Of a stretch of 64,000 nt of DNA, positions 13,667 through 28,600 are shown in pieces. Where the stretch lies: assembly GCF_009914755.1 (NCBI RefSeq), contig NC_060946.1, one strand, 5' to 3'. Each line of letters begins with the position of its first letter. The stretch's first letter is position 1. A program made the position numbers and the translations under genes. The DNA comes from the human T2T-CHM13v2.0 reference genome, Homo sapiens. Under the pieces are notes generated by a model, which was not told the origin of the DNA, ran no database searches, and worked only from the letters and a program-made list of their open reading frames with translations.

Positions 13667-16600
13667 TGTATTTTCTTAACATAGGATTCCAGAACAATGC
13701 TACGAGGGTCTGAATGCCTGTCCCACACATAGGATTCTAGAACACCCCAGCTGTCGTCTGAATGATTGCCCCCCACATATGATTCCAGAACACTGCTGCT
13801 GCGGTCTGAATGATTGTACCTCACACAGGATTCCAGAACACTCCTCCTCTAGTCTGAATGTTTGTCCCTCAGATAATATTCCGGAACACTGCTGCTGGGT
13901 TCTGAGTGTTTGTCCCTCACATAGGATTCCAGAACACTGCTAAGAGGGTCTGAATGTTTGTCCTTCACATGAGATTGCAGAACACTGCTAAGAGGGTACG
14001 ATTGTTTCTACCTCACATAAGATTCCAGAACACTTCTACGAGGGTCTGAATCTTTGTCCCATACATAGGACTCCAGAACACTCCTGCTGTGTTCTGAATG
14101 TGTTTTCCTAACATAGGATTCCAGAACAATGCTACGAGGGTCTGAATGCTTCTCCCACAAGTAGGATTCCAGAACACCCCAGCTGCAGTCTGAATGATTG
14201 TCCCTCACATAGGATTCCAGAACACTGCTGCTGGGTTCTGAGTGTTTCTCCCTCACATAGGATTCCAGAACACTGGTACAAGGGTCTGAATGATTGTACC
14301 TCACATAGGATTCCAGAACACTCCTGCTCTGGTCTGAATTTTTGTCCCTCAGATAGGATTCCAGAACACTACTACTGGGTTCTGAGTGTTTGTCTCCCAC
14401 GTAGGATTCCACAACACTGCTACGAGGGTCTGAATGTTTGTCCCACACATAGGACTCCAGAACACTCCTGCTCTGGTCTGAATGTTTGTCCCTCAGATAG
14501 GATTCCAGAACACAGCTTCTGGGTTCTGAGTATTTGTCCCTCACATAGGATTCCAGAACACTGCTACTGGGTTCTGAGTGTTTCTCCCTCACATAGGATT
14601 CCACAACACTGCTAAGAGTTTCTGAATGTTTGTCTCATACATAGGATTCCAGAACACTGCTACGTGGGTCTAAATGTTTGTCCCTCACATAGGATTCCAG
14701 AACACTACTGATGTGGTCTGAATGCTTGACCCTCACATAGGATTCCAGAATATTCCTGTTGTCTTCTGGGTGTTTGTGACTCACAAGGGTTTCCAGATCT
14801 ATCCTGCTGTGTTCTGAATGTTTCCCCCTCAGATAGGATTCCAAAACATTCCTTCTGTGGTCTGAGTGTTTGTCTCTCAAATAGGATTCCAAAACACTGC
14901 TACTGGGGTCTGAATGTTTGTGCCTCAAATAGGATTCCAGAACACTGCTATGAGGGTCTGAATTATTCTCCCTCACATAGCATTCCAGAACACTCCTGCT
15001 GTGGTCTGAATGTTTATGCCTCACTCAGGATTCCAGAACATTCCTGCTGTGGTCTGAATGGTTGTCCCTCACTTAGGATTCCAGAACACTGCTGTTGGGT
15101 TCTGAGTGTTTGTCCCGCACATAAGATTCCAGAACACTGCTACTTGGGTGTCAATGTTTGTCCCTCAGATAGGATTCCAGAACACTGCTGATGGGGTCTG
15201 AATGCTTGTCCCTCACATTGGATTCCAGAACACTCCTGCTGTGGTCTGAATGTTTGAACATCACATAGGATTACAGAACACTGCTGTGGGTTTCTGAGTA
15301 TTTGTCCCTCTCATAGGATTCCGGAACACTGCTACGAGAGTCTGAATATTTGTCCCACACATAGGACTCCAGAACACTCCCGCTGTGTTCTGAATGTATT
15401 TTCCTAAAATAGGATTCCAGAACAATGCTACGAGAGTCTGAATGCGTTTCCAACCCGTAGGATTCAAGAAGACCCCAGTTGTGGTCTCAATGATTGTCCC
15501 TCACATAGGATTCCAGAACACTGCTGCTGGGTTCTGAGTGTTTTTCCCTCACATAGGATTCCAGACCACTGCTACGAGGGTCTGAATTATTCTCCCTCAC
15601 ATAGGATTCCAGAACACTCCTGCTGTGGTCTGAATGTTTGCCCCTCACTTAGGATTCCAGAACACTGCTGCGGGGTTCTGAGTGTTTGTCCCTCACATAG
15701 GATTCCAGAACACTGTTACGAGGTTCTGAAAGTTTGTCCCTCACGTAGGATTCCATTACACTAGTGCTGTGGTCTGAATGGTTGACACTCACATAGGATT
15801 CCAGAACATTCCTGCTGTATTCTGAATGGTTGACCCTCACATAGGATTCCAGTACATTCCTGCTGTGGTCTGGGTGTTTTTGCCTCACATGGGATTTCAT
15901 AACAATCCTGCTGTGGTCTGACTGTTTGTCCCTCACATAGGATTCCAAAACATTCCTGCTGTGGTCTGAGTGTTTGTACCACAAATAGGATTCCAGAATA
16001 CTGCTACTGGTGTCTGAAAGTTTGTCCCTCACATTGGATTACAGAACACTGCTATCAGCGTCTGATTTATTCTCCCTCATATAGGATTCCAGAACACTCC
16101 TGCTGTGGTCTGAATGTTTGTCCCACTCTTAGGATTCCAGAACACTGCTGTTGGAGTCTGAGTGTTTGTCCCTCATGTACGATTCCAGAACACTGCTACG
16201 TGGGTCTAAATGATTTTCCCTCACATCAGATTCCAGAACACTGCTACGAGGCTCTGAATGTTTGTCCCACACATAGGACTCCAGAACACTCCTGCTTTGT
16301 TCTGAAGGTATTTTCCTCACATAGGATTCCAGAACAATGCTACAAGGGTCTGAATGTTTGTTCCACACGTGGGATTCCAGAACACCTCAGTGGTTTTCTG
16401 AATGATTGTCCCACACATAGGATTCCAGAACAAAGCTGCTGGGTTCTGAGTGTTTGTCCTTCAAATATGTTTCCAGAACACTCCTGCTCTGGTCAGAATG
16501 TTTGTCACTCACTGAAGATTCCAGATCCCTGTTCTTGGGTACTGAGTGTTTCCCCCCCCATACGATTCCAGAACATTGCTACGTGGGTCTAAATGTTGGT

Positions 16601-19600
16601 CCCTCCCATAGAATTCCAGAACACTGCTACGAGGTTCTGAATGCTTGTCCCGCACATAGGACTCCAGAACACTCCTACTGTGTTCTGAATGTTCTTCCTC
16701 ACATAGGATTCCAGAACAATGCTACGAGGTTCTGAATATTTGTCCCACACCTAGGGATCCAAAACACCCCAACTGGGGTCTGAATGACTGTCCCTCACAT
16801 AGGACTCCAGAACACTGCTGCTGTGTTCTGAATGTTCTTCCTCACATAGTATTCCATAACATTGCTATGAGGGTCTGAATGTTTGTCTCACACATAGGGA
16901 CCCAGAACATCCCAGATGTGGTGTGAATGATTGTCCCTCACATAGGATTCCAGAACGCAGCTGCTGGGTTCTGAGTGTTTCTCCTTTACGTAGGATTCCA
17001 AAACATTGCTACTGGGATCTGAATTTTTCTCCCTCACATAGGATTCCAGAACTCTGCTATGAGGATCTTAATTATTCTCCCTCACATAGGATTCCAGAAC
17101 ACTCCTGTTGTGGTCTGAATGTTTGTCCCTCACTTAAGCTTCCAGAACACTGCTGTCGGGTTCTGTGTGTTTGACCCTCACGTACGATTCCAAAACACTG
17201 CTACGTGTGTCTAAATGTTTTTCCCTCACATAAGATTCCAGAACACTGCTATGAGGGTCTGTATGTTTGTCCCGCACGTAGGTCCGCAGAACACTACTGC
17301 TGTGTTCTGAAGGGTTTTTCCTCACATAGGATTCCAGAACAATGCTACAATGGTATAAATGATTGTCCCTCACAGAGGATTCCAGCACACTTCTTCTGGG
17401 TTCTGAATGTTTCTCCCTCACATAGGATTACAGAACACTCCTTCTATGATCTGAATGTTTGTCCCTCACTTAGGAATGCAGAACACTGCTGTTGGGTTCT
17501 GACTGTTTGTCCTTCACGTACGGTTACAGAACACTGATACATGGGTGTAAATGTTTGTCCCTCACATAGGATTCTAGAACACTGCTACAAGGGACTGAAT
17601 GTTTGTCTCGCACATAGGACTCTGGAACACACCTAGTGTGTTCTGAAAGTATTTTCCTCACATAGGATTCCACAGCAATGCTACGTGAGTCTGAATCTTT
17701 GTCCCAAACCTAGGACTCCAGAACAACTCAGCTGTGGTCTGAATGATTGTCCCTCACATAGGATTCCAGAACACTGCTGCTGGGTTGTGAGTGTTTCTCC
17801 CTCACATGGTATTCCAGAACACTGCTACTGTGGTCTGAAAGTTTTTCCCTCACATAGGATTGCAGAACACTGCTACGAGGGTCTGAATTATTCTCCCTCA
17901 CATAGGATTCCAGAAGATTCCTTCGTGGTCTGTATGTTTGTCCCTCAATTAGGATTCCAGGACACTGCTGTAGGGTTCCAAGTGTTTGTCTCTCACTTGC
18001 GGTTCCAGAACACTGCTCCCTGGGTCTAAAAGTTTGTTCCTCACATAGGATTGCAGAACAGTGCTACAAGGGTCCGGGTCTGAATGTTTGCCCCACACAT
18101 AGGATTCCAGAATGCCTCAACTGTGGTATGAATGATTGTCCCTCATATAGGATTCCACAATACTACTACTGGGTTATGAGTGTTTCTCCCTCACATGGCA
18201 TTCCAGAACACTGCTACGAGGGACTGAATGTTTGTCCCGCACATAGGACTCCACAACACTCCTGTTGTGTTCTGAATGTATTTTCCTCAAAGAGGATTCC
18301 AGAAAAATGCTACGCGGGTCTGCATGTTTGTCCCACACGTAGGACTCCAGAACACCCCGGCTGTAGTCTGAATGATTGTCCCTCACATAGGATTGCAGAA
18401 CACTGCTTCTGGGTTGAGCATTTCTCCCTCACATAGGATTCCAGAACACTGCTACGAGGGTCTGTATTATTCTCCCTCACAATGGATTCCAGAATATTCC
18501 TTCTGTGATCTGTGTGTTTTTCCCTCAATTAGCATTCCAGGACACCGCTGCTGGGTTCTGAGTGTTTCTCCCTCACATAGGATTGCAGAACCCTGCTACT
18601 GACATCTGAATATTTGTCCCTCACAAAGGATTCCAGAACACTGCTGCAATGGTCTGAATTATTCTCCCTCACATAGGACTCCAGGACACTCCTACTGTGG
18701 TCTGAATGTTTTTCCCTCACTTAGGACTCCAAAACACTGCTGTTGGGTTCTGAGTGTTTGTCCCTCATGTACGATTCCAGAACACTGCTACGTGCTTCTA
18801 AATGTTTGTCCCTCACATAGGATTCCAGAACACTACCATGAGAGTATGAGTGTTTGTCATGCACATAGGACTCCAGAACACTCCTTCTGTGTTCTGAATG
18901 TTCTTCCTCACATAGGATTCTGGAACAATGATACGAGGGTCTGAATGTTTGTCCCACACGTAGGATTCCAGAACACCCCAGCTGTGTTCTGAATGATTGT
19001 CCCTTACATAGAATTCCAGAACACTGCTGCTGTGGCCTGAATGTTTGTTCCTCACATAGGATTCCAGAACTCTCTTGCTGTGGTCTGAATGTTTGTCCCT
19101 CCTATAGGATTCCAGAACACTGCTGCTGTGTTCTGAAAGGTTGACCCTTACATAGGATTCCAGAACACTCCTGTTGTGGTCTGGGTGTTTGTGCCTTACG
19201 TGGGATTCCAGAACAATCCTGCTGTGGTCTGCATGATTCTCCCTCACATAGGATTCCAAAACATTCCTGCTGTGGTCTGAGTGTTTGTCCCACAAATAGG
19301 ATTCCAGAATACTTCTACTGTGGTCTGAAAGTTTGTTCCTCACGTAGGATTCCAGAGCACTGCTACGAGGGTCTGAATGTTTGTCCCACACATAGGACTC
19401 CACAACACTCCTGCTGTCTTCTGAATGTTCTTCCTCACATAGGATTCCAGAACATTACTACGAGGGTCTGAATGTTTGTCCCACACCTAGGGATCCAGAA
19501 CACCCCAGCTGTGGTCTGAATGATTGTCCAACACATAGGATTCCAGAACACTGCTGCTGGGTTCTGAGTGTTTCTCCCTCACTGAGGATTCCATAACACT

Positions 19601-22600
19601 GCTACAGGGGTCTGAATTTTTTTCCCTCAGATAGGATTCGAGAACACTGCTACAAGGGTCTCAATTATTCTCCCACACATGGGATTCCAGAACACTCCTG
19701 CTGTGGTCTGAATGTTTGTCCCTCACTTAAGATTCCAGAACACTGTTGTTGGGTTCGGAATGTTTGTTCCTCACGTACGATTCCAGAAGACTGCTATGTG
19801 GGTCTAAATGTTTTTCCCTTACCTAGGATTCCAGAACACTGTTTCGAGGGTCTGTATGTTTGTCTCGCACATAGATCTCCAGAATACTACTGCTGTGTTT
19901 TGAAGGTGTTTTTCTCACATAGGATTCCAGAACAATGTTACAATGGTCTGGATGATTGTCTCTTACATAGGATTCCAGAACATGGCTTATGGGTTCTGAG
20001 TGTTTCTCCCTCACATAGGATTACAGAACACTCCTTCTGTGGTCTGAATGTTTGTCGCTCACTTAGGAATCCAGAACACTGCTGTTGGGTTCTGAGTGTC
20101 CCTCACGTAGGGTTACAGAACAATTCTACATGAGTCTAAATGTTTGTCCCTCACATAGGATTCCAGAACCGTGCTATGAAGGACTGAATGCTTTTTCTTC
20201 ATATAAGACTACAGAACACTCCTGCTGTGTTCTGAATGTATTTTATTCACATAGAAGTCCCGAACAATGCTACAAGGTTCTGAATCTTTGTTCCACACTT
20301 AGGATTCTAGTACACCCTAGCGGTTTTCTGAATGATTGTCCCACACATAGGACTCCAGAACACTGCTGCTGGGTTCTGAAGCTTTCTCCCTCAAATAGGT
20401 TTCCAGAACTCTCCTGTTGTGGTCAGAATGTTTGTCCCTCACTGAGGATTCCAGATCCCTGCCCTTGGGTACTGAGTGTTTGCCTCACATAGGATTCCAG
20501 AACACTGCTACTGTGGACTGCATTTATATCCCGCATATAGGCTTCCAGAACACTCCTGCTGTGTTTTGAAAGTATTTTACTCACACAGGATTCCAGAACA
20601 ACGCTACTAGCGTGTGAATGTTTCTTTCACATGTAGGATTTCAGAGCACCCCAGGTGTGATCTGAATGATTGTCCCTCCCATAGGATTCCAGAACACTGC
20701 TGCTCAGTTGTGAGTGTTTCTCCCTCACATAGGATTCCAGAACACTACTGCTGTGGTCTGAATGTTTGTCCCTCACATAGGATTCCAGAACACTGCTACG
20801 AGTGTCTGAATTATTCTCCCTCACATAGGATTCCAGAAGATTCCTGCTGTGGTCTGAATGTTTGTCCCTCACTTGGGATTCTAGGACACTGCTGTTGGGT
20901 TCTGAGTGTTTGTCCCTTATGTAAGATTCCAGAACACTGTTCCGTGGGTTTAAATGTTTATCCCTCACATAGGATTGCAGAATACTGCTGTGAGGTTCTG
21001 AATGTTTGTCCCGCACAATGGACTCCAGAAATCTCCTTCTGTGTTCTGAATGTATTTACCTCACATAAAATTCCAGAACAATGCTAAGAGGGTCTGAATG
21101 TTTGTCCCACACTTAGGAATCCAGAACACCACAGCTGTGGTCTGAAAGATCGTCCCTCACATTGGATTCCCGAACACTGCTGCTGGGTTCTGAGTGTTTC
21201 TCCTTCACATAGGACTCCAGAACTCTGCTACGAGGTTCTGAATGATTGTACCTCACATAGTATTCCAGAACCCTCCTGCTCCGTTCTGAATATTTGTCCC
21301 ACAGATAGGATTCCAGATCACTGCTCTTAGGTTCTGCACGTTTGTCCCTCAAATAGGATTCCAGAACACTGCTGCTGTGTTCAAAATGTTTGTTCCTCGC
21401 ATAGGACTCCAGAACTCACCTGCTATGGTCTGAACGATTGTCCCTCATATAGGAATCCAGAACATTACTGCCTTGGTCTGAATTGTTGACCAGAATCCTG
21501 CTGTGGTCTGAATGTTTCTCCCTCACATAGGTTCCAAAACATTCCTGCTGTTTTCTGAGTGTTTCTCCCACAAATAGGATTCCAGAACACTGCTACTGTG
21601 GTCTGAAAGTTTCTCCCTCACATAGGATTCCAGAACACTGCTACAAGGGTCTGAATTATTCTCCATCATATAGGATTCCAGAACACTCCTGTTGTCGTCT
21701 GAATGTTTATCCCTCACTGAGGATTCCAGAACACTGCTGTTGGGTTCTGAGTGTTTGTCCCTCATGTACGATTCCAGAACCCTGCCACGTGGGTCTAAAT
21801 GTTTGTCCCTCACACAGGACTCCAGAACAATGCTACGAGGGTCTGAATCTTTGTCCCAAACTTGGATTCCAGAACCCACCAGCTGTGATCTTTCTGATGG
21901 TCTCTCACATAGGATCCAGAACAATGACGCTGGGTTCTGAGTGTTTCTCCCTCACATAGGAATCCAGAACACTCTTGCTGTTGTCTGAATGCGTGTCTCT
22001 CACTTAGGTTTCCAGAATACTGCTGTTGGGTTCTGAGTGTTTGTCCCTCATTTACGATTCCAGACCACTGCTACGTGTCTCTAAATGTTTGTCCCTCAGA
22101 TAGGATTCCCGAACACCGCTACGAGGGTCTGAATGTTTGTCCCACAGTTAGGTTTCCAGAACACCCCAGCTATCGTCTGAATGATTGGCCTTCATATAAG
22201 ATTCTGGAAAACTGCTGCTGGTTTCTGAGAGGTTCTCTCTCACATAGGATTTCAGAACACTGCTGCTGGGGTCTGAAAGTTTGTCCCTCACATAGGATTC
22301 CAGAGCACTGCTACGAGGTTCTGAATTATTCTCCCTCACATAGGATTCCAGAACACTCCTGCCATCATCTGAATGTCCCTCACTTAGGATTCCAGAACAC
22401 TGCTGTTGTGTTCTGAGTGTTTGTCCCTCACGTACTATTCCAGCACACTGGTACGTGGGTCTAAATGTTTGTCCCTCTCATAGGATTCCAGAACACTGCT
22501 ATGAGTGTCTGAATGTTTGTCCCTCACATAGGGTTCCAGAACTCTCCTGCTGTGGTCTGAATGTTTGTCGCTCACTGAGGATTCTAGAACACTGCTGTTG

Positions 22601-25600
22601 GGTTCTGAGTGTTTGTCCCTCACCTTTGATTACAGAACACTGCTACTTGATTCTAAATGTTTGTCCGTCACACAGGATTCCAGAACACTGCTATGAAGGT
22701 CTGAATGTTTGCCCCTCACATAGGATTCCAGAACACTGCTACGGGTGTCTTAATTATTCCCCATCCCATCGGATTCCAGAACACTCCACCTGTTGTCTGA
22801 ATGTTTGTCCCTCACTTACTATTCGAGAACACTGCTGTTGGGTTCTGTGTATTTCTCACTTACATACTAGTCCAGAACACTGCTACGTGGGTCTAAATGT
22901 TTTTCTCTCACATAGGATTCCAGAACACTGCTACGAGGGTCTGAATGTTGTCCCACCCACAGGACTCCAGAAAACATCTGCTGTTTTCTGAAAATATTTT
23001 CCTCACTTAGGATTCCAGAACAATGCTATGAGGGTTTGAATGTTTGTCCGATATGCAGGATTCCAAAACGTCCCAGCTGTGTTCTGAATGATTGTCCCTC
23101 ACATAGGATTCCGGAAAACTGCTGTTGGGTTCTGAGTGTTTCTCCCTCACATAGGATTCCAGAAAACTGCTACTGGTGTCTGAATGTTTGTCCCTCACGT
23201 CGGATTTCAGGAAATTGCTAAAAGGATCTGAATTATTCTCCCTAACATAGGATTCCAGAACACTCCTGCTGTGGTCTGAATGTTTGTCCCTCACATAGGA
23301 TTCCAGATCACTGCTGCTTGGTTCTGAGTGTTTCTCCCTCAGATAGGATTCCAGAACACTGTGGCTGTGGCCTGAATGTTTGTCCCTCACTTAGGATTAC
23401 AGAACACTGCTGTTGGGTTCTGAGTGTTCCTCACGTACGATTCTAGAACACTGTCACGTGGATCCAAAAGTTTCTCCTTCACATAGGATTCCACAACACT
23501 GCTACGAGGGTCTGAATGTCTCTCCCGCACATAGGTCTCCAGAACACTCCTGCTGTGTTCTGAATAATTTTTCTCACATGAGATTCCAGAGCAATGCTAC
23601 CAGGGTCTGAATGTTTGTCACACACGAAGGACTGCAGAATAGCCCACCTGTGGTCTGAATGAATGTCCCTTACATAGAATTCCAGAACACTGCTGCTGGA
23701 TTCTGAGTGTTTCTCCCTCACATCGGATTCCAGAACACTGCTACGAGGGTCTGAATGATTGTACCTCACATAGGATTCCAGAACGCCCCTGCTCTGGTCT
23801 GAATGTTTGTCTCTCAGATAAGATTCCAGAACACTGCTGCTGGGTTCTGAGTGTTTGTCCCTCACATAGGATTCCAAAAAAGCGCTGCTGTGGTCTGAAT
23901 GTTTGTTCCTCCCATATGATTCCAGAACACTCCTGTACTCTCTGAATGTTTGTCCCTCATGTAGGATTCCAGAACACTACTCCTGTGGTCTGAATGGTTG
24001 TACCACACATAGTATTCCAGAACAATCCTGCTGTGGTCTGGCTGTTTGTGCCTCACATGAGATTCCAGAGCAATCCTGCTGTGGTCTGTATGTTTCTCCC
24101 TCACATAGGATTGCAGAACATTCCTGCTGTGGTCTAAGTGTTTGTTCCTCAAGTAGTATTCTAGAACACTGCTACTGGGGTCTGAAAATTTGTCCCTCAC
24201 ATAGGATTCCAGAACATTGCTACCAGGGTTTGAAGTATTTTCCCTCACATAGGATACCAGAACACTCCTGCTGTGGTCTGAATGTTTGTTCTTCACTTCG
24301 GATTACAGAACACTGCTGTTGGGTTCTGAGTGTTTGTCCCTCACAAACGATTCCAGAATACTGCTATGTGGGTCTAAATGTCTGTCCCTCACATAGGATT
24401 ACAGAACACTGCTACGAGGGTCTGAATGTTTGTCCCACACATAGGACTCAAGAACTCTCCTGCTGTGTTATGAATGTATTTTCCTCACATAGGATTCCAT
24501 AACAATGGAAGGGTCTGAATGGTTGTCCCACTGGTAGGATTCCAGAACACCACAGCTGTGGTCTGAATGATTGTCCCTCACATAGGTTTCGAGAGCACTG
24601 CTGCTGGGTTCTTATTGTTTCTCCCTCACATAGGGTTCCAGAACACTGCTACTGGGTTCTCTAAATGTTTGTCCCTCACAAAGGATTCCAGAAAACTGCT
24701 CCAAGGGTCTGAATTTTTCTCCCTCACATAGTTTTCCAGAACACTCCTGCTGTGGTCTGTATGTTGGTCCCTCACTTTGTATTCCAGAACACTGCTGTTG
24801 GGTTCTGAGTGTTTATCCCTGACGTATGATTCCAGAACACTGCTATGTGGGTTTAAATGTTTGTCCCTCACATAGGATTCCAGAACTTAGCTACGAGGGT
24901 ATGAATGTTTGCCCCGCTCATGGGACTCCAGAACACTCCTGCTGTGTTCTGAATGTATTCTCCTCATATACGTTTCCAGAACAATGTTACGAGTGTCTGA
25001 ATGATTGTACCTCACATAGGATTCCAGAACACTCCTGCTCTGGTCTGAATGTTTGTTCCTCAGATAGGATTCCAGAACACAACTGCTCTGTTTTGAGTGT
25101 TTGTGCTTCACGTACGATTCCAGAACACTTCTATGTGGGTCTAAATGTTTGTCTGTCACATAGGATTCCAGAACACTGCTACAAGTGTTTGAATGTGTCT
25201 CCCGCACATAGGAATCCAGAACACTCCTGCTGTGTTCTGAATGTATTTTCCTCACATAGGATTCCAAAACAATGCTACGAGGGTCTGAATGTTTGTTCCA
25301 AACGTAGGATTCCAGACCAATCCTCTGTGGTCTGAATGATTGTCCCTCACAAAGGATTCCAGAGCACTGCTGCCGGATTCTGACTGTTTCTTCCTCACAT
25401 AAGATTCCAGAACACTGCTACTGGGGTCTGAATGTTTGTCCCTCACATAGGATTCCAGAACACTGATACGAGTGTCTGAATTAATCACCCTCACATAGGA
25501 TTCCAGAACACTCCTGCTGTGGTCTGAATGTTTTTTCCTCACTTAGGATTACAGAACACTGCTGTTGGGATTTAGTGTTTGTGTTAATCTTAGTGTTAGG

Positions 25601-28600
25601 ATTGCAGAACACTGCTACATGGGTCTAAATGATTGTCCTTCATATAGGATACGAGAACACTACTGCTGTGGTCTCAATGGTTCACCCTCACATAGGATTC
25701 CAAAACATTCCTGCTGTGGTCTGAGTGTTTGTCCCTCAAATAGGATTCCAGAACACTGCTACTGGGGTCTGAATGTTTGTCCTTCACATAGGATTCCATA
25801 ACATTGCAACGAGGGTCCGAATTACTCTCCCTCACATAGGATTCCAGAACATTCCTTCTGTAGTCTGAGTGTTTGTCCCTCCAATAGGATTCCAGAACAC
25901 TGATATGTGGGTCTAAATATTCGTAACTCACATAGGATTCCAGAACACTGCTACAAGGATCTGAATATATGTCCCACACATAGGACTCCAGAACACTCCT
26001 GCTGTATTCTGAATGTATTTTCCTCACATAGGATTCCAGAAAAATGCTAAGAGGGTCTGAATGTTTGTCCCTCACATAGGATTGCAGAACACCCAAGCTG
26101 TGGTCTGAATTACTGTCCCTCACATAGGATTCCAGAACACTGCTGCTAGGTTCTGAGTGTTTCTCCCTCACATGGGAATCCAGAACACTGCTACGAGGGT
26201 CTTAATGATTGTACCTCACATAGGATTCCAGAACACTCCTACAGTGGTTTGAATGTTTGCCCCTCAGATAGGATTCCAAACAGTGCTGCTGGGTTCTGAG
26301 TGTTGGTCCCTCACATAGGATTCCAGAACACTGATGCTGTGGTCTGAATGTTTGTTTCTCACATAGGTTTCCAGAGCACACCTGCTGTGGTCTGAATGTT
26401 TGTTCCTCACATAGGATTCCAGAGCACACCTGCTGTGGTCTGAATGTTTGTCCCTCATAGAACATTGCAGAACACTACTGCTGTGGTCTGAATGGTTGAC
26501 CCTCACATAGGATTCCAGAACACTCCTGCTGTGGTCTGAATGGTTGACCCTCACATAGGATTCCAGAACACTCCTGCTGTGGTCTTGGTGTTTGTGCCTA
26601 ATATGGGATTCCAGAACAATCCTTCTGTGATCTGAATGTTTCTGCCTCACATAGGATTCCATAACACCCCTGCTGTGGTCTGAATGTTTGTACCTCACTT
26701 GGAATTCCAGAACACTGCTGCTGGGTTCTCAGCATTTCTCCCTCACATAGGATTCCAGAAAACTGCTACTGGGGTCTAAATGTTTGTCCCATAGGATTCC
26801 AGAAAACTGCTACTGGGGCCTAAATGTTTGTCCCTCACGTAAGATTCCAGAACACTGCTACGATGCTCTGAATTATTTTCCCTCACATAGGATTCCAGAA
26901 CACTCCTGGTATGTTCTGAATGTTTGGCCCTCTCTTAGGATTCCAGAACACTGCTATATGGTTCTTAGTTTTTGTCCCTCATGTACGATTCCACAACACT
27001 GTTACTTGGGTGTAAATGTTTGTCCCTTACATAGTATTCCAGAACACTGCTATGAGAGTCTGAATGTTTGTCCCCCACATAGAGCTCCAGAACACAACTG
27101 CTGTATTTTGAAAGTATTTTCCTCAGATAGGACTCCAGAACAATGCTACGAGGGTCTGAATGTTTGTCCCACACGTAGGATTCTCGAACACCCCAGCTGT
27201 AGTGTGAATGATTGTCCCTCACATAGGATTACAGAACACTGATGCTGGGTTCTGAGTGTTTCTCCCTCATGATTCCAGAACATTGCTACTGCGGTCTGAA
27301 TGTCTTTCATTCACATAGGATTCCAGAACACTACTACAAGGGTCTGAATTATTCTCCCTCACATAGGATTCCAGAACTTTCCTGCTGTAGTCTGAATCCT
27401 TGTCTCTCACTTAGGATTCCAGAACACTGCTGTTGGGTTCTGAGTGTTTGTCCCTCACATACAATTCTAGATCACGGCTATGTGGGTTTCAGGGTTTGTC
27501 CCCCACATAGGTTTCCAGAACACTGCTATGAGGTTCTGAATGTTTGTCTCACACATAGGACTCCAGAACACTCCTGCTGTGTTCCAAATGCATTTTCCTC
27601 ACATAGGATACCAGAACAATGCTACGAGGGTCTGAATGTCTGTCCCACACGTAGGATTCCAGAACATCCCATCGGTGGTCTGAATGATTGTCCCTCACAT
27701 AGGATTCTGGAATATTGCTCCTGGGTTCTGAATGTTTCTCCCTCACATGGGATTCCAGAACACTGCTGTTAGGCTCTGAGTGTTTGTCCCTCAGTTATAA
27801 TTCCAGAACACTGCTACGTGGGTCCAAATGCTTGTCGATCACATAGGATTGCAGAACACAGCTATTAGGGTCTGAATGTTTGTCCCACACAGAGGACTCC
27901 AGAAAACTCCTGCTGTGTTCTGAATGTATTTTCCTCACATTGGATACCAGAACAATGCTACGAGGGTGTGAATGTTTGTCCCACAGGTAGGATTGCAGAA
28001 CACTACTGCTGTGGTCTGAATGATTGTCCCTCACGTAGGATTCCAGAACACTGCTGCTGTGTTCTGAATGTTTCTCCCTCACATAGGATTCCAGAACACT
28101 CCTGCTGTAGTCTGAATGTTTGCAACTCACTTAGGATTCCAGAATACTGCTGTTGAGTTCTGAGTGTTTGTCCCTCAGGTATGATTCCATAACACTGCTA
28201 CGTGGGTCTAAATGTTTCTCGATCACATGGGATTCCAGAACACAGCTACTAGAGTCTGAATGTTTGTCCCACACAAAGGACTCCAGAACGCTGCTGCTGT
28301 GTTCTCAACATATTTTCCTGACATAGGATTCCACACGAATGCTATAAGGCTCTGAAAGTTTGTCCCAGACGTAGGATTCCAGAACACCCCAGCTGTTGTC
28401 TGAATGATTGTCCCTCACATAGGATTCCAGAGCACTCCTGCTGTGGACTGAATGCTTTTTCCTCACATAGGATTCCAGAACTCTCCTGCTGTTGTCTGAA
28501 TGTTTGTCCCACATGTAGGATTCCAGAACTCTACTGCTGTGGTCTGAATAGTTGACTCTCTCACAGGATTCCAGAACACTTCTGCTGTGGTCTGGGTGTT

